A stretch of 63,869 bases of DNA, the filler included, from Reticulomyxa filosa (taxonomy: Eukaryota; Protista; Foraminifera): NCBI GenBank assembly GCA_000512085.1. It is 12 parts of 12 records of this genome, joined end to end, with 100 filler letters (N's around TTAATTAATTAA, not from the genome) between each part and the next. Parts side by side here need not be neighbours in the genome. Positions count along the whole stretch, not along the records: positions 8,368 to 30,631 come from ASPP01022423.1; positions 30,732 to 35,173 come from ASPP01016320.1; positions 35,274 to 38,185 come from ASPP01007746.1; positions 38,286 to 43,715 come from ASPP01024198.1; 8 more parts are not named here. The stretch is one strand, 5' to 3'. Each line of letters starts with the position of its first letter. The first letter of the stretch is position 1. Position numbers and translations under genes: made by a program. The notes under the pieces are model-generated. The model was not told where the DNA came from, did not search any database, and was given only the letters and a program-made list of their open reading frames with translations. Shown here in pieces: positions 24,454-38,647 of this stretch.

Positions 24454-27400
24454 ATTTTTGCTTTTTCACTTTGCTTAGTAAACTCAATGGAAACTTTTTA
24501 TTTTACACACAAAAATTATGACCTTTTTTCTTTTTATATCTTTTCAATTCACAAAGCCATCAATCGTATTCAAGTATGCAGTTTCCAAAAGCATCAACAT
24601 GATCGATAATTTTTTATGTACAATCGCAAAAAAAAAAGACTTTCCAACATGCGCCACTATAAATATTTAAGAATACTTATACTTTTTTGTAAGTGTAGTT
24701 TAGAATTGTATTAGACTTCAATTTACCACACATTTATGACGCGTCACCATAAAAATAACATTTTTGTTGGATGAATTTTAAAATGAAAAGTAGTTGAGCT
24801 GCTAAATTTTGTTATCTTATTACCACTTCAAGATTCTTCAGATATAAACAACTAAGAAAATCCTTTTAAAAAGTAAAAACAAAATTGTCAAAGTTAGTAC
24901 TCAACAAATAGTAAAACGAAAAACTTCGGAAATACTAGCAAGGTGCATATTAAACAAAATATATTGTAAATATATGCGACATTTGAAAGCTTGTTTCTAC
25001 GAAATGGTTAGATATAACATAAACAATAAATGTACAGTTTATAAAAGTGATTCATTATTCAAATTTTTTACTAGCGAAAATCCGCATGTTATTCTGGTGA
25101 ATTCAACTATTGTAATGTTCTATATACAACACAATAATTTGCTGTAAGTACTTTTTAAGAACTGTTTTAAAAAAAATTTAAAATGCGAAATTTCGTATTA
25201 AAAAAAAATCTTGCATAAAAAAAACTTATATTTACATTTGCATTGCTCCAAATCGCAAACGCAATACCAAACGCAATCTATTTCATTTTGGATATAGTAG
25301 TCTCTCAATGTAAAAAAGTTTTCCATTGTTTGCTTGTAAACATAAGACATTGATGCTATGTACTGAATTTATCAAATGTAGTTTTTTTCCAATAAATCTT
25401 CACAAAACTGCTTTTTTGTTAGTTTTTTCTCAATAAATTAAAAAATAATAAACAAATAAAGAGTTTGGATAAAAAGTGCTTCATTATTTGCAAGTCGTCA
25501 CTACATACTTGCAACATCAAATATGATATAATTTCTTTTTAGATGTTACAGTCGCTCAAAGTACGATAGTCATCACATTTTTTTTGTGCATTGCTATATT
25601 GCTGATAACAAAAAAAAAACACAGACTACATTATAGTTCGAATATTTTCATTTGTCTTTTGACAACAACATTCTGAGTCCAATAAAACAAGAAGTGTTTG
25701 TTGGATTTGCCATGATAATCCACAAAATAATACTGGTTACTCTTTTTTTTTTTGCAATATGAAAGGCAGACTGTGTTCCTATCTATTTGCAAATATTATT
25801 GTTTTTTGATCATCGTTTCATCCATTTTCTCATCAAAAAATCATAAGAACTAAAATCTTTGCTCCTTGCCTATCATTTCGGACATTAGGAAAAAAAAGAC
25901 TGACAAACTTCTCTTATGTTACCACAACAGAAACTGACGTCAATTTTTAACAAATAACAAACAAAAGAGCAAAATTTTACCTAGAGCCACAAAACAAGTC
26001 TTTGTAGTTTGTCACCAAAAGACAAAAAAACTGAACCACTCCCTTGTAACCATATAATTTTAATTGATTTCATAAAATAATCCATAATAACAAATTCAAC
26101 AAATTAATAAACAATAATACATTTTTTAATTGAAAACGCTACAATAAAATTATGATGAATTGAAGAGTTTCTTAAAAAGGGTCTAGTTCCAGTTTTTTTT
26201 TTCCACCATTTGGCATCATTGAGTTCGTTCCTTCAAATTAAAGATTAGGAAAAAAAAAAAGTTATTCCAGTATTGCCGACGAAAGACTCTGTATAAAACT
26301 AACTTCAAACATTCAAAAGCACTATCATGACTGTTTTTTAAAAAAAAAAAGAAATCAATACGAAAATGGCTTCTTATCATCAATTTTTTGATCAAAGCAA
26401 ATAATTCAATGAACATACGACTGTACCTATCATATGACAGATTTTTATTGGAAGTATGTTGAACAAATTTAGCATATTATGTACTTTACGTAGTTTAACA
26501 AAAAATGGTAAAGTAACTCAAATCGAAAGAAGTCTTATTTCATTTCTTCATCAAGAAAGACATGATAAACCAGACAGACTTCAAAAATAAATCTCATTTT
26601 TTTAATGAAAAAAAAACAAACTCATGCATTCCTCTATCAAATCTCCTTAGAACTCTTGATAGAATCAAAGGAGAATGCCAAAGATAGACATTTCCTTGTT
26701 ATACACAGCAATAGAAATAAATATAAGAAGATATATTTGTGATTGTTAAACAATCATTTAATTTCTTGATGTCAAATATGATTGCCGTTGTTCAGTGGGA
26801 ACATATTCATTGTCATGAATTTTTTCTTTCAAGTTTTGATCAAATTTTAATGTAACGCTTTCGTAAAGATGTTCAAAAATAAGTTTACACATTCAAGTAA
26901 AAAAAACGAAACATACATCACTATTCGTCTTTTTTTTAATGAACTTAATTTACTGAAAACAATAATTGTTCCAAGATGATGCTCGGATGTAAAAAACATA
27001 TTATTTTCTTTTATTGTTCGTTATCAACAGAATATACAATTTATTTGATTTTCTTCTTTCTATTTTTCGCTTGTTTGCAATATCTCTTTCGATTTCTTCA
27101 TATCATATACCAAATATATTACATAATTTTATTATTGTTTGATATTATCATCCAAATGCTTTGTATGCTATGGATTTCATTCATTTTGTTCAACTCACTA
27201 TGATCAATATCAACAATTGCATCTAGCTTTTCGTTTGAGTGTATTTGTAAAATTGAGACTTTGGACTGTCAGTGATACTATCATTATATTCCTTGATTAA
27301 TAATCCACGTTCAATCTTCACAAAATTTTATTGTCTTTATATTAGTAGTTAAACTAGCCGCAGTCCATGCACATCGTAGATAATTTTCGATACTTTATAC

Positions 27401-27934
27401 TTGTTATCCTTAAATAGTCTTCTAATTCTTTTATATCGAGTATTTTCATTCAGTTGCTATTGTAATGAACATTTTTATCTATTTGTAGCTTTTTAATTTG
27501 TTAAATTCAGTCGTTCTTAATGCGCGCATTTTAAGTCGAAAAAGTTTGTATTTTGTTTTGAAAATTAAACCAGATAGCAACGCAATCGATTGTTAAACAA
27601 AGCCAAAACGACACAAATGTATTCTTTCTATTGTTTTGATGTGTTTCTTATAGATTTTGAATAGCTAAATTGAAGAAAAAAAGTTATCAGTTGCGATTTT
27701 ATACAATTTACAAAATTTGTGTCTTATGTACAGAAAATTTTAACATACAAACTAATCCAAAATGAGATTCGTTTACTAGCTTTCGACTTACAAAAACGAA
27801 TAATTTTAAAGTAGGAAGAATATGCCTCAATTAAATAAAGAAAAAATAAAACAAACAAAAAATAAAAAAACAGATTCACAAACAACAATATGAACAAAAA
27901 TTAGCAAAAGAAATCTGTTTCTTTTCGAAAATGC

Positions 27935-30631
27935 TTATTTCTCAGACACAAATGTAGAAGGTTTAGAAGCAATCCTGCTTTTTCCACGTAAGGCGCTTTT
28001 GCACGCTGCTGTCTCTGTCTCAATTTTGTTGTCTCGTGGTGGGGATAAGTTTTCGTCATTGAAAGTAAACAGTCTCTGTTTTTCTCCCACTACCAAAACA
28101 GTACCAATCACGTCGAGAGCAGGTGATGTTTTTTGTCCATTTGTCGGAGCTCCAATCGAATTTCGAAAAATAATATTCACCGGTCTTTGTTTGGTTGCCA
28201 ACAATGTACGAATGTGATTGAACGATTTGTCGACTACATCAATTCCATCTATTTGGATAATTTGCGCATGTTCTTGCACACGATTATCTCCTAAACAATG
28301 TTTGACAAATGCGTTTATTCCATTATTGCCCGAGTAAATACGTAATCCCATTTCGTTCTCGTTAAAATCGATACTAATTTCATTCTATTTTTTTCCAACC
28401 ACACAGTATAGAAAAGTGACAAGTTCAATTTGCCAAATGAAAAAAGATATGTATAAAATATATTTCTAACCGAACACTTTGGGAGTTGATTATTGATATC
28501 ACTGCTTGCTTGTGAAGGGTTGTGGTCTTGTTTACCAACTTGTCTTTGATTTTGGATTTTCGAGTATAATTCAGAAAATGGTTGTCGTTCCACAAACTTG
28601 GATGGATAAATTACTTCAGATTTGTAAGGAGTGAGATGGCTTCGCTGATATTGCTTTATTTATTTGTTTGTTTTTCGTGTGTATGTGTGCGTGTTCAATG
28701 AACCCAGGTCTTAAAAAAACAAAGACTCTTGTATACCTGCAGCCTAAAAGTGGTAATACGATCCAACGCGTTGTCCACGTATACGTTTGGCTTACTCTGG
28801 TTGGTATGCTTTTCCAACTCTTCCAATTGCGTTTTTTGCAATGCTATATTATTGGCTTGTTCGGAGATACTTTCGTTCGTCAAACAAAATTGTTGTTGCA
28901 TTTGGTCATGCATTGATATTATTTTGTTGCAATGATCTTCATGTTTGCCAGCAAATTTTTTCACGGCGTCCATTTCTTCAAAATATACATTATAAAAAAA
29001 AAAACAGTTTTATTTCTTTATAATTCCATTCTAAAAATAAAAAACGTATATATATTATTGTTTATTTGTACAAAGATGAGGGGGGGGGACATACACACCG
29101 TTGTCGAGACAAAGGATTGTCGTTTTCATTGCATTATCAATTTGGTCCGATTGTTTCGTCTCCCATTCCAAAAACTCCACTTTCCATTTGGAGTTGGCAT
29201 TGTCTAACAGCGACTTGTGTCCTTCTTCCATAGTTTGGAAAAGTTGTTTCATTTGTGCTTCATCTTTATTCGATTGGTTTGTGTATTCACTCAAATCTTG
29301 ATCAAGAGTCTTTTTCATCCCCAATGTCGTTTGACACAGCTCATTATTGTTTTTGTCCAGTGCTTTTAAATTTGTGTATTTGCTTATTTGCTTATTTGCT
29401 TATTTGCTTATTTGCTTATTTGCTTATTTGCTTATTTGTTCTTTTTGAAACACATTGACACACAATTGGATGCACATATGCAAAACTGCTTTCCAACTGC
29501 TTTATTTGATCATTAAACTGATTCGATTGTAATGTCCACGTATTTTCAAGAGCATCACTAATCGTTTGTATCGTTTGTTCATAATTTTGCTTGGCATTGG
29601 CTTGGAACTTTTCTTTCCACTCTTTCATCAAATTATTGTTTGCTTTTTTTTGTGATTCCATTTGATCATTTACTTCGTTCAGTGCGCTATACAAATGTTG
29701 ACCAAGTTGATTGCATGATTTGTTATGTGATTGCAAGCAATCCATCATTGTGGTTGACACTGTCGACAACTGTATTTATCATTTTCAATCAAGCCAATAC
29801 GTATACGTATTTGTTTTCAACACGAAATGAAATGAAATAAAATACAAGCCAAAAACATACTTGTGTCTGAATGTCCGACATTTGTTGCGAGATTTTGGCA
29901 AAGAGCTGCGGAATCATTTCCACTTTTAATTGATTCGAGTGTTGCAAATGATCGGCGTTGATATTTTTAACTGATTCTTTCCATTGATTCAATTGTTTGC
30001 AATGGCTGTTTTGAAACCATTCATTGGTTGTTACCGACACTTGTTTCAAAGGTACCATCATATCTTTTTCGCAACTTTCTTTCATTGCCCCCGTTTCCTC
30101 TTTTAAGCTCTGTTATGTCATTATTCCACAATCGGTTATGGAATGCAATCGAGTAAAACCACAACAACAACAACAAAAAAGCTTAAATATCGAACCTGAC
30201 ACTGACTTTGCAACTTGGAAATAGTGACAAATGTTTTTTCAACGTATCCTTTTTGAACACGGGTCAAGGTTTCTAATTCTTTTTTCGTTTCGCGCCAGAG
30301 TCTACTTAAATGACTTTGTTCTTCGTTCCATTGCTTTACGTTTTCATATTCCAACGTTTTTCGTTGTTCTATTGTTAAAAAAAAAAATCAATCATATGGT
30401 CATTTGCACATATATAAATGTGATACCAATTCTGTCAACGAGCAAGTCACGGTCATGCAAAGTGTTTTCCAACGACTGCTTCACGCCTTGCGCTTGTGAT
30501 CTCAACTCTTTTTCCACGTTTTCATATTCTCTGATTACAACTTTGTGACATTCCAAGTCTTCCAATACAGAGTCCAAATGTTTGGTCATTTCTCCAAGCT
30601 CTGCCTGTATCATACATTAAATCACAATCCA
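27935..30631 (-). CDS. 3' part of a kinesin-5 (BimC/Eg5)-like stalk and tail ending in a PDZ domain; 5' end lost at contig edge
   Basis: Coiled-coil exons (EKELRSQAQGVKQSLENTLHDRDLLVDRI); BimC-box-like HLTPYKSEVIYPSKFVERQP; last exon MGLRIYSG...AQIIQIDGIDVVDKSFNHIRTLL..RPVNIIF (PDZ). No motor domain is visible in the window. Confidence 0.55.
29378..29438. repeat. Intronic 8-bp microsatellite (TTTGCTTA)n, ~7 copies
   Basis: Direct reading of the tandem atttgctt units. Confidence 0.9.
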
Positions 30632-30731
30632 NNNNNNNNNNNNNNNNNNNNNNNNNNNNNNNNNNNNNNNNNNNNTTAATTAATTAANNNNNNNNNNNNN
30701 NNNNNNNNNNNNNNNNNNNNNNNNNNNNNNN

Positions 30732-31241
30732 AAAAAAAAAAAAAAAGTGAGACATACGGCGATCGTGTGTTGAGCCAAGCATGAACAATGGCTGATTCGA
30801 ATTGAACCTTCATTGCAATCGTTCCGGATCTTATGTCCCATAATACCAAAAGTCCATTTACATCAGAGGTAAGCAATTTGCATCCGTTTCTGGACCAACT
30901 TACACTTGTAACTGTACCACTATGCCCGACTAATGACTTTGCAATGATATGCGTCTCAAAGTCCCAACTATACCACCCCATTTTTTTTTTTATGTTTTTT
31001 GCGTACATGACAAAAAAATATACACACAAACAGGTTGACAAGTCCATTGTGACAACCGACAGCCAACAAAGTTCCTCTCCGGTTGAAAGCACAACAACAA
31101 CCAGTCCCAAATTCCACCGACAAACTTGACGTTAATTTCTTTGGATAATCACAGTCAACTGGTTCTATTATGCAAAATGAAGGCAAACAATTGTCGACAT
31201 AATATGAATAGAAAAAAAGTACCTCTAAAGCGAAGATTCAT
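30732..31241 (-). CDS. RBBP5: RBBP5/Swd1 (COMPASS WD40 subunit), 5' part only
   Basis: MNL start; DYP..L; CAFNRRGTLLAVGCHNG; WDFETHIIAKSLVGH..VTSVSWSRNGCKLLTS..WDIRSG matches the RBBP5 N-terminus. Confidence 0.85.
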
Positions 31242-32206
31242 GATGGATCTTTTTTTAGTGTTTTTGTTGTATATAGCCCCTTTTCGTTACAAAGCCCCAC
31301 ACTGTCAACCTTTTTTAAGATTCATACTTGGAAAATACCTGATGATAATTTGTAAGCGTTTGACTTTATCAAAATCTGTGCGACATAAAACAGCACAAAG
31401 AGTTTTATCTAATTTGAATCGCAATGAAAAACGGAATATTAATACGTTTGCACCAGAAACAAATTTTTAATTGCAATCAATAAAAAATATCAACAAATAC
31501 TGTATTCTTATTTTTGCAACGCTTAAGAATGGTAGATTTTCCTTTGTTTCATAAAAATCTGAAATCTTTTTAGAATTACTTATTTAACGGAATCGTGCAT
31601 ACAATTTATCCCGTTCTGATCTCTTTCTAAAATCAAAAACTACACAAAAAGAGATTTAATTACTTTCTGGTGACAGAAGGCCTGAAATAAATAAATTCTT
31701 CTCTTAATGAACAAGTCAACGATCGCTAGTTCTAATTTGCACAGTATTTTTTTTAAGTACATCTGTTAAATAATTTAAATTAGGACTTATACAATATCAC
31801 TCAATTCAAAATTAACCATTCAATTGATTAATCATGTCAATATCTTTAATTAAGTACAGCTCAGTAAATAGAATATAATTTTATATTTTCACATGAAGTT
31901 GACGTTCAAAGCTTAAGACAACGTATACAAACATTTTTAAGAGTTCACTTTGTATTTGTGCAAATAGTAAATGTATGTTGCTGTGGTTGCAATGTACAAT
32001 TTACACCATTACAATAACAAAGTTGCATGCTACAACTCGAAAGAAGAAACAACTTTTTGCGACAGTGTAATGTTGAACTAAGTTTACCCTTTAAAAAAAA
32101 AGAGTGCTGATATCAAAATTATTTTCAAAAGTTTTCAAAACGTTTTCTTTTGTTCGTTTGTCCAGCAGAAAAATATTTTCCTTTTTTCGACAATAATAAT
32201 AATAAA

Positions 32207-34539
32207 ATGCCACGCAGGAAAAAACATTCCAAAGCGAAGAGTTCACTAGAAAAAGTCGGTCAAGAAGAAACACTTGACAAATTAGAAGGGGCTACCCCAA
32301 CAGAAGAAGAACGACCCTCAAAGAAAGAAATTTCGTCAGAAAAAAAAGAGGAAAAATCCAAAGAAAATTTCCAAACGAATGGCGCAGAGGATCAGTTTGA
32401 GGTACTACCATGCGAAAAGGGTAATATTTTGGAATGGTTCAATGCATGGTCTAAATTGGAAGGAAAGAAAGAGAAGAGCATACAACTGTTGCAAATCAAA
32501 TACCAAACGTTGATATTGAACGCGCACTCGTTTGTGAAGCGATCAAAAGAGGCGCTTGAGTATGAGTACGACAACTTCATTTTCAAAATGGTTAAATATA
32601 GTCTTGACATGTGGAAATTTTCAAAATGGCTCCGAAGCACATCAGTTAATAGAAGCAAAAAAAAAAAAGATCGATGTGTTTGTCGTAATGTGTGGCAAGT
32701 GATTTTTTTTTTTGTAATCGTATTTCAAGTGAGGTCTATTTTTTTTTTTTTGAGAAGTTTTTTGGAAAAAAAAAAAATGTTTCCAATTGTGGCAAATTAA
32801 ATAGGGCCGAAAATACCAAAAGAAAGCCGGCGGATTTACAGAAGATGGACTTTATACAGTGTCCCATATATTGCGTAGAGTGATGCCCCGTGGCCTTCAT
32901 GTGATCAGCATATACGATAAGAAGCGCAACCACGATGAAACTTTGGAAGGAGACAAAAACCAGGACTGCGATTTCATTGTGTTGTTTCGAGGCATACCCA
33001 AATTTACCGGGCTGGTCGCGACAGACGAGGACGAAGAAAGCCACAGCAGCGATAACAAAGAAGGGTTTTTGTTCAAACACTACAACATGAAGGATGCATG
33101 CGGATTTCTACGAACAAATAAATCTAATGGCGAAAACTGCAAGCTGTCTGTCTTGTCCTTGCCAAAAGTCGATACACCAATGTTATTTCATAACACAACT
33201 TTACTTTTCTAAATTTTTTTTTTTTTGTGTGTGTATACGTTATTTGATTTGTGTGCAAAATGTGTTATTAAAATGAACCTTACTTTGTTTCTCAAAAGCA
33301 AACGCATTAATAAATAATAATAATAAAATAGAGACGTTGAAAAAGATTATTATCATTACGCAGTCTCAGGTTCGAAAAATACATGCAGTATTTGGCCTTT
33401 ATTAGACGATGCACAAAAATACTTTCCTTGTGACGAGTCCAGCTCCCATGACCAACGTATACCTAATCTTTGGGTATCCAAAGTCTACAGCGAATGGCTG
33501 CGACGCTTGCACGCGCAGGACAGCAAGTTGTTTTGGCAAGAGTTTATCAAAAATATGTCAATTGACAATCAATTCATTATCATGGGCGAAATCAACTCCA
33601 AGTTCAGCGAACATATTATCCCGATCAATGGAATGTTTATTGAAGTTTATGCGCTGCTGGACAACTCTGACAAAGATGGTCTGCCAATCCATCCAGGGAA
33701 TGCTTTTCAACTCTTTCGAAACTGGAAAATGATCCCTACCGTCCAAACCAATACCGAAGAAAAGCACGAAAACGAAGAAAATCGTCATACCATTAAACAT
33801 GTACTTTTCAGGTGAGTTACAATTTTGTTTATTGATTTTTTTTTTTTTTTTGACATATGCTATGAGCACAAAAAAAAAACATAACTTTTGATTTATTTGT
33901 CATAATCCCAAATGTGTTTTTACTTGCTTTTTTTTTTTTTGGTTGTTGCTGTTTCAATCCAGCAATCACGATATTGCGGAATTGGAAAAAGTAGTGGATA
34001 GTGTTCGTGAAAATGGTACAATCGAAGGCTGTGTATTGTATTTTTATGACGTCCATAACAATGTGATTGGGCTGTCAAAAGTAAAGTCAAACGATTATGT
34101 AATCCGACGGCGTTTACGAGAGCGTCTCAAATTCGCCATTTGGGTACCATTGGCACATGGTGAAATCCGAGGATATAGATCATCATCTTCCCGTAAAACC
34201 GAGTTGTTCGATCGCTTTGACATTGAGGACAAATTGAAACAATGTGAACAACATTTACAAAAAGGCATGCAAAAATTGACCTTTATTCCGGGACATAAAG
34301 AACATTGGAACACATGGACAGCTTTTTGTGTCGGCTTTCTACGCTGGTGGGTTGCCAATAGATTAAGAAATTATGCCTGGAGCAAAACTGACAAAGCTGA
34401 ACAACAACAAAACCAAAACATTGAACATCTCGATCGTTGCTTGGAGGAAACGCAATTTAGATATGCATCATTGCTACAGCAATACATTGTTAACGACTGG
34501 AACAATAATCAATCTAAAAATTATTTGGAAGATTGTTAG
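32207..34539 (+). CDS. ATP-dependent RNA-ligase-like nucleotidyltransferase (Rnl1/Trl1 fold), ~4 exons
   Basis: PRG and RGIPKF upstream motifs; motif I KSNGE; Ia GSKN; III MGEI; IV IEGCVLY; V KVKS; charged N-terminal extension. Confidence 0.65.
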
Positions 34540-35273
34540 ATGATTAGGAATTGGAAAGAGCAAAAAATGAAAATCGAAGATTATTTTGAATTTCGCTAAT
34601 TATTTAAACATTTCATTTTGGAATATTAGTTTCAAAAGGGTGTATCTTTAGCGAAAGTTTCAATTGAAAATTTAACAATATTAAACAATGACAAAGTCAG
34701 TCCAAATGCTTTTTTAAAATTTATTTTTCTAATAGCAAATTTTGAGATGATATATTAATTTACATCAAATTTAGAGGTTGTTTGAAATGATCAAACGCTA
34801 GTTTTTAATTTCACGTTTGAGAATATCAAAAGAGAAACCAATGTTGGCAAGTCTGGTCACGGCATTTGTGAACTCGAAATAAAACAAAAAAACCTTTACA
34901 TGACAAAAAGAAAAGAAAAAAAAACAAAGCAAACAAAAACAAATTGATTAATTTTCTCTTCCATTTGTACTCCTTCATCACAAACCCAAACTCCAGCCTA
35001 GGACAAAGAAAGAAGAGGAGGAGAAAGGGGCAACAAAAAAAACAATGAAACCAAACAAAAAAAAGACAGTACAATTTACTTTTGCTTTTTGTCTAAGCAA
35101 AACGTTTCCATCTGATCAACAAAGCATTCCAGACTCGTTCTTGTTCTTCCTTTTCCATGTTTTTCAGTTCTGCNNNNNNNNNNNNNNNNNNNNNNNNNNN
35201 NNNNNNNNNNNNNNNNNTTAATTAATTAANNNNNNNNNNNNNNNNNNNNNNNNNNNNNNNNNNNNNNNNNNNN

Positions 35274-38185
35274 CTAATGCTAATAACAATAACAATAACA
35301 ATACCAATACGAATAATGCCAATGCCTCAAGTACTCAAAAAAAAGCAGACAAAGAATTACATGCCACTTGTGCATGCTGGTGGAAGACACGAGGTGGAAT
35401 GGACTTTATCATTGTTGGGACCAACGACGGACGCTTATGCTTTTATGACGTGCGCACACATAAGAAAACGTGGATTGAAATTGGAGACCCCAAATGGATT
35501 GTCAACAAATTAGAGTTGGTGATCGACATACGTAGCAGCAGCGTGTTGGTGCGGTGCTACGACCCTCTCGCGTTGTTCAAGCCCAGCGATCAAAGTCAGG
35601 CCCGCCAATTGAAACAGAAAAGCAAATTCGAAATGGGCAAGTATATTCATTACGAGTATTTCATGCTATTGTTGGAGCGTCCGTCCAAACATGATAAGAA
35701 CAGTCATCGACCGGACCCTTATGAAAAGCTCAATGGGATTACCCCCGAAATTTTGGCTCAGTCCGGATTCGTGCTAAAGAATAGCGACGAAGAGATTGAC
35801 CCTGCCACCATCACCAACTGGGATTGCATCGTTCAGTGCTTCGACACCGACAAGGATGCCTTTTCACCACAGCCTCTTCACATTGGCGACGACCAGTCTC
35901 ATATTCAATTGTCCGTCTATCACAACACCGGGTCCATCATTGCCGACCCACATCAACACACGCCCACTCCCAGCGAAGCCGCCGCAGCCAAACTAGGCCT
36001 CAAATATCCCAAACGCAGGATTGTCGCTCAAAACGAAATTGAATATCAACATCTGCAACAGCAACAGGACGCAGATCGACTGCGAGATCCCCATGCTCCC
36101 TTTGCACCGCAAGAGGACCCCATCGCTACCGAACATGCGCGCTCGTGCGTCCACTTTGGTGTTCTCGACATGGACGAGGGAAAACTCACCTTGCATGCTA
36201 TTGACGAAATTCATTCAGCCGCCAAGAGCACACTTTAAAATTAAGCCTTCGCTAGGCAATGTTTCGTATATGTAAATATATATATTTATATATATTATAT
36301 ATATATTATATATATATTATATATACACATATATATATATGTATGTACATATTTGTATATTCATATGTGTATATCTCTCACATTTTATATATGTATATAT
36401 TGGAACAGGTATTTGCACACAATTTTATCATATCACTTGGCCCAACTGGCGACACTAGTCAAATATCAGTTATCGCACCCCCTTTGGCATCACTGATGAA
36501 TCCCATCTTCGAGGAAGATCTCGAAGAGTGTGACATTTTGGATGAGGATGAGGATGAAGATGAAAATGAAGATGAAGATGAGGACGATGATGAGGACGAA
36601 AATGAAAATAAAAATAAAGATGGGAATAAAAAGAAAGATGGAGATGAAAAGAAAGACGAGAATAAAAATACGACTGGCAATGGAGATAAGAACGGAAACA
36701 AAGATGACCACCACGGAACTGATGAAAAGAACGGAAAAGAAAATGCGAATATGGACGGCAAAGAAGATGAAGTGGTATTCTTTGATGAAAAAAGCGACGG
36801 AGATTCGGAAAGCTTGAACAGCAACGTGGCAAGACATAGTGTGAGAAAAGACTTTGGAGAAGAGTCAAAAGCAAAGTCAAAGTCGAAAAAGAAAAACAAA
36901 GCACGAGGTGAAGCCAAGAAACTGAGACAACAGAATGCAAGTATGGAGATATTGGCGGATCTAAACCACGGCGTGGTGCAGACCTTGCGATTGGGACCGG
37001 GTGAAGAAGCACTCGCGCTGCTCGATCGCACGACGAGTATGATAATGGGAGATAAGCGACTATTGAATCGACTCGACCCCTTGGCGTTGAATCAGCTGAA
37101 TTTGGACTCGAACAACCTGTTCGATATATCGATCACACCACTGATGGCCAACCATTTCGAGTCGTACAACGTCACGCACTCCACGTGGTCGTCCTTACAT
37201 TCACCGTATTTGCTGCTGCTCACAAACAAGGCCGTATATCAAATCGAAAAGAAATTTGATGGCTTCCAAACCGTATTGCAAGCCATCGAACAGCAAACCG
37301 TGAAGCCTAACAAACAATGCATGGGGCGTGACTATGTTCACAAAAACAAATTGGACTGTTCGTCTGCCTTCATCAAAGGCTTGTCACAATGTTGTGAAGT
37401 CAGTTCGAAAAGTATTCACGAAATTGCTGCGGATCGGATGTTGGCCGACAACTCAGTTTTTTTTTTTTAAATATATGTGTATACATATATGTACATATAT
37501 GTATATATATATATGAATATATAAATGTATATGTGTATATTTATATTTATCTATATATGTATATCTTCTCTAATTGGAATCAATTAGGTTCAAATTACCC
37601 TATGGCACAATCAATCACACAGAAAAGAGTACATAATGACAACACTGAAAATGCCGAAAAAGCGTTTGAATTGTATAAACAATCCAGTGTGACGGTTGCA
37701 AAATTGATTCGACAATTTCTGCGTCCAGAGTGGTTCCATCAGATGGAGCATGGATTACTGTTGGCTAAAGTGATCGACGTGCTGAAGAAACTGCTGACCG
37801 CCAGTGACATTCCCTCGCGTGTCATGCTGTGTGATGTCATGTTCCACATTTTGCTATTGGAATTCACCAAGCGCAAGTCGTACTTCCAATTGCAATATTT
37901 CCAGCAATTTGAGCCGCACTTTGGATATTGGGCAAACACGCTACAGTCTCAAATGTTGCCATTGCTGAAGCAGCGATACAAGCAAGATTTGAGAGCTGTG
38001 AAGAGAGCGTCGACAATGGCACGTCTTGATGAGGAGAATAAAGATAAGGAGAATAAAGATAAGGACAAGAACAATGACAGCGATAAATCAAAAGAAAATG
38101 CACAAGTGCAAAGTCAATCATTGGAATTAACATTGTCAAATGTATCGAAATGGCAAAGTATGGCCAATTCCTCCTCCTCCTCCTC
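35274..38185 (+). CDS. Large hypothetical protein, internal fragment (beta-propeller-like start, acidic D/E/K/N insert, helical part)
   Basis: Long ORFs 35399-36238, 36409-37455 and 37588-38185 separated by (TA)n-rich introns; truncated by both linkers. Confidence 0.7.
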
Positions 38186-38334
38186 NNNNNNNNNNNNNNN
38201 NNNNNNNNNNNNNNNNNNNNNNNNNNNNNTTAATTAATTAANNNNNNNNNNNNNNNNNNNNNNNNNNNNNNNNNNNNNNNNNNNNAAATTTTACCAAATC
38301 AAATGAAAGAATAAAATTTTGAAAAAATTGTAAA

Positions 38335-38470
38335 GACTTATTAAAAAACCAAAATGATATTTAAAAACTACACGATTCGTAGATATTTTTTTAAAAAAAT
38401 TTTGATTAAATGTTGTTTTTTCATGGAGAAACACAATTATCTCTATAATGTTGCATTTTATGTGTCAATT
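38335..38470. repeat. Dispersed AT-rich repeat, copy 1
   Basis: atatttaaaaactacacgattcgtagatatttttttaaaaaaa...ttaaatgtt...tcat.gagaaa...gcatttta.gtgt aligns with ~43898-44027. Confidence 0.7.
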
Positions 38471-38647
38471 TTCTTTTTTATCATAATGTACTAAGAACCT
38501 AATATAAAGTAAATTTAATTATAAATATATTTTTCAAAACAAACAAATCAGAAATTATATTAACAGTATTACACCAAGTTAAAAAATTTTAACTAATTTC
38601 TGCAATTATTGCACAAACATCAACTAAAATGCGAAAACATAATGTTT

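Noticed and set aside
22890-27390. Scattered 15-25-nt homopolymer-free stretches (~22972, 25560, 26412, 27264)
   Set aside because: No shared consensus or exact match to the array; roughly the number expected by chance in 64 kb.
24500-27900. 3.4-kb gene-poor stretch with faint coding-like fragments (also 7600-8760, 45500-46000, 56700-57500)
   Set aside because: Probably heavily decayed pseudogenes; no assignable motif or repeat structure.
36264-36405. Long (TA/CA/TG) alternating tracts
   Set aside because: Ordinary intronic microsatellite seen in many introns in this window.
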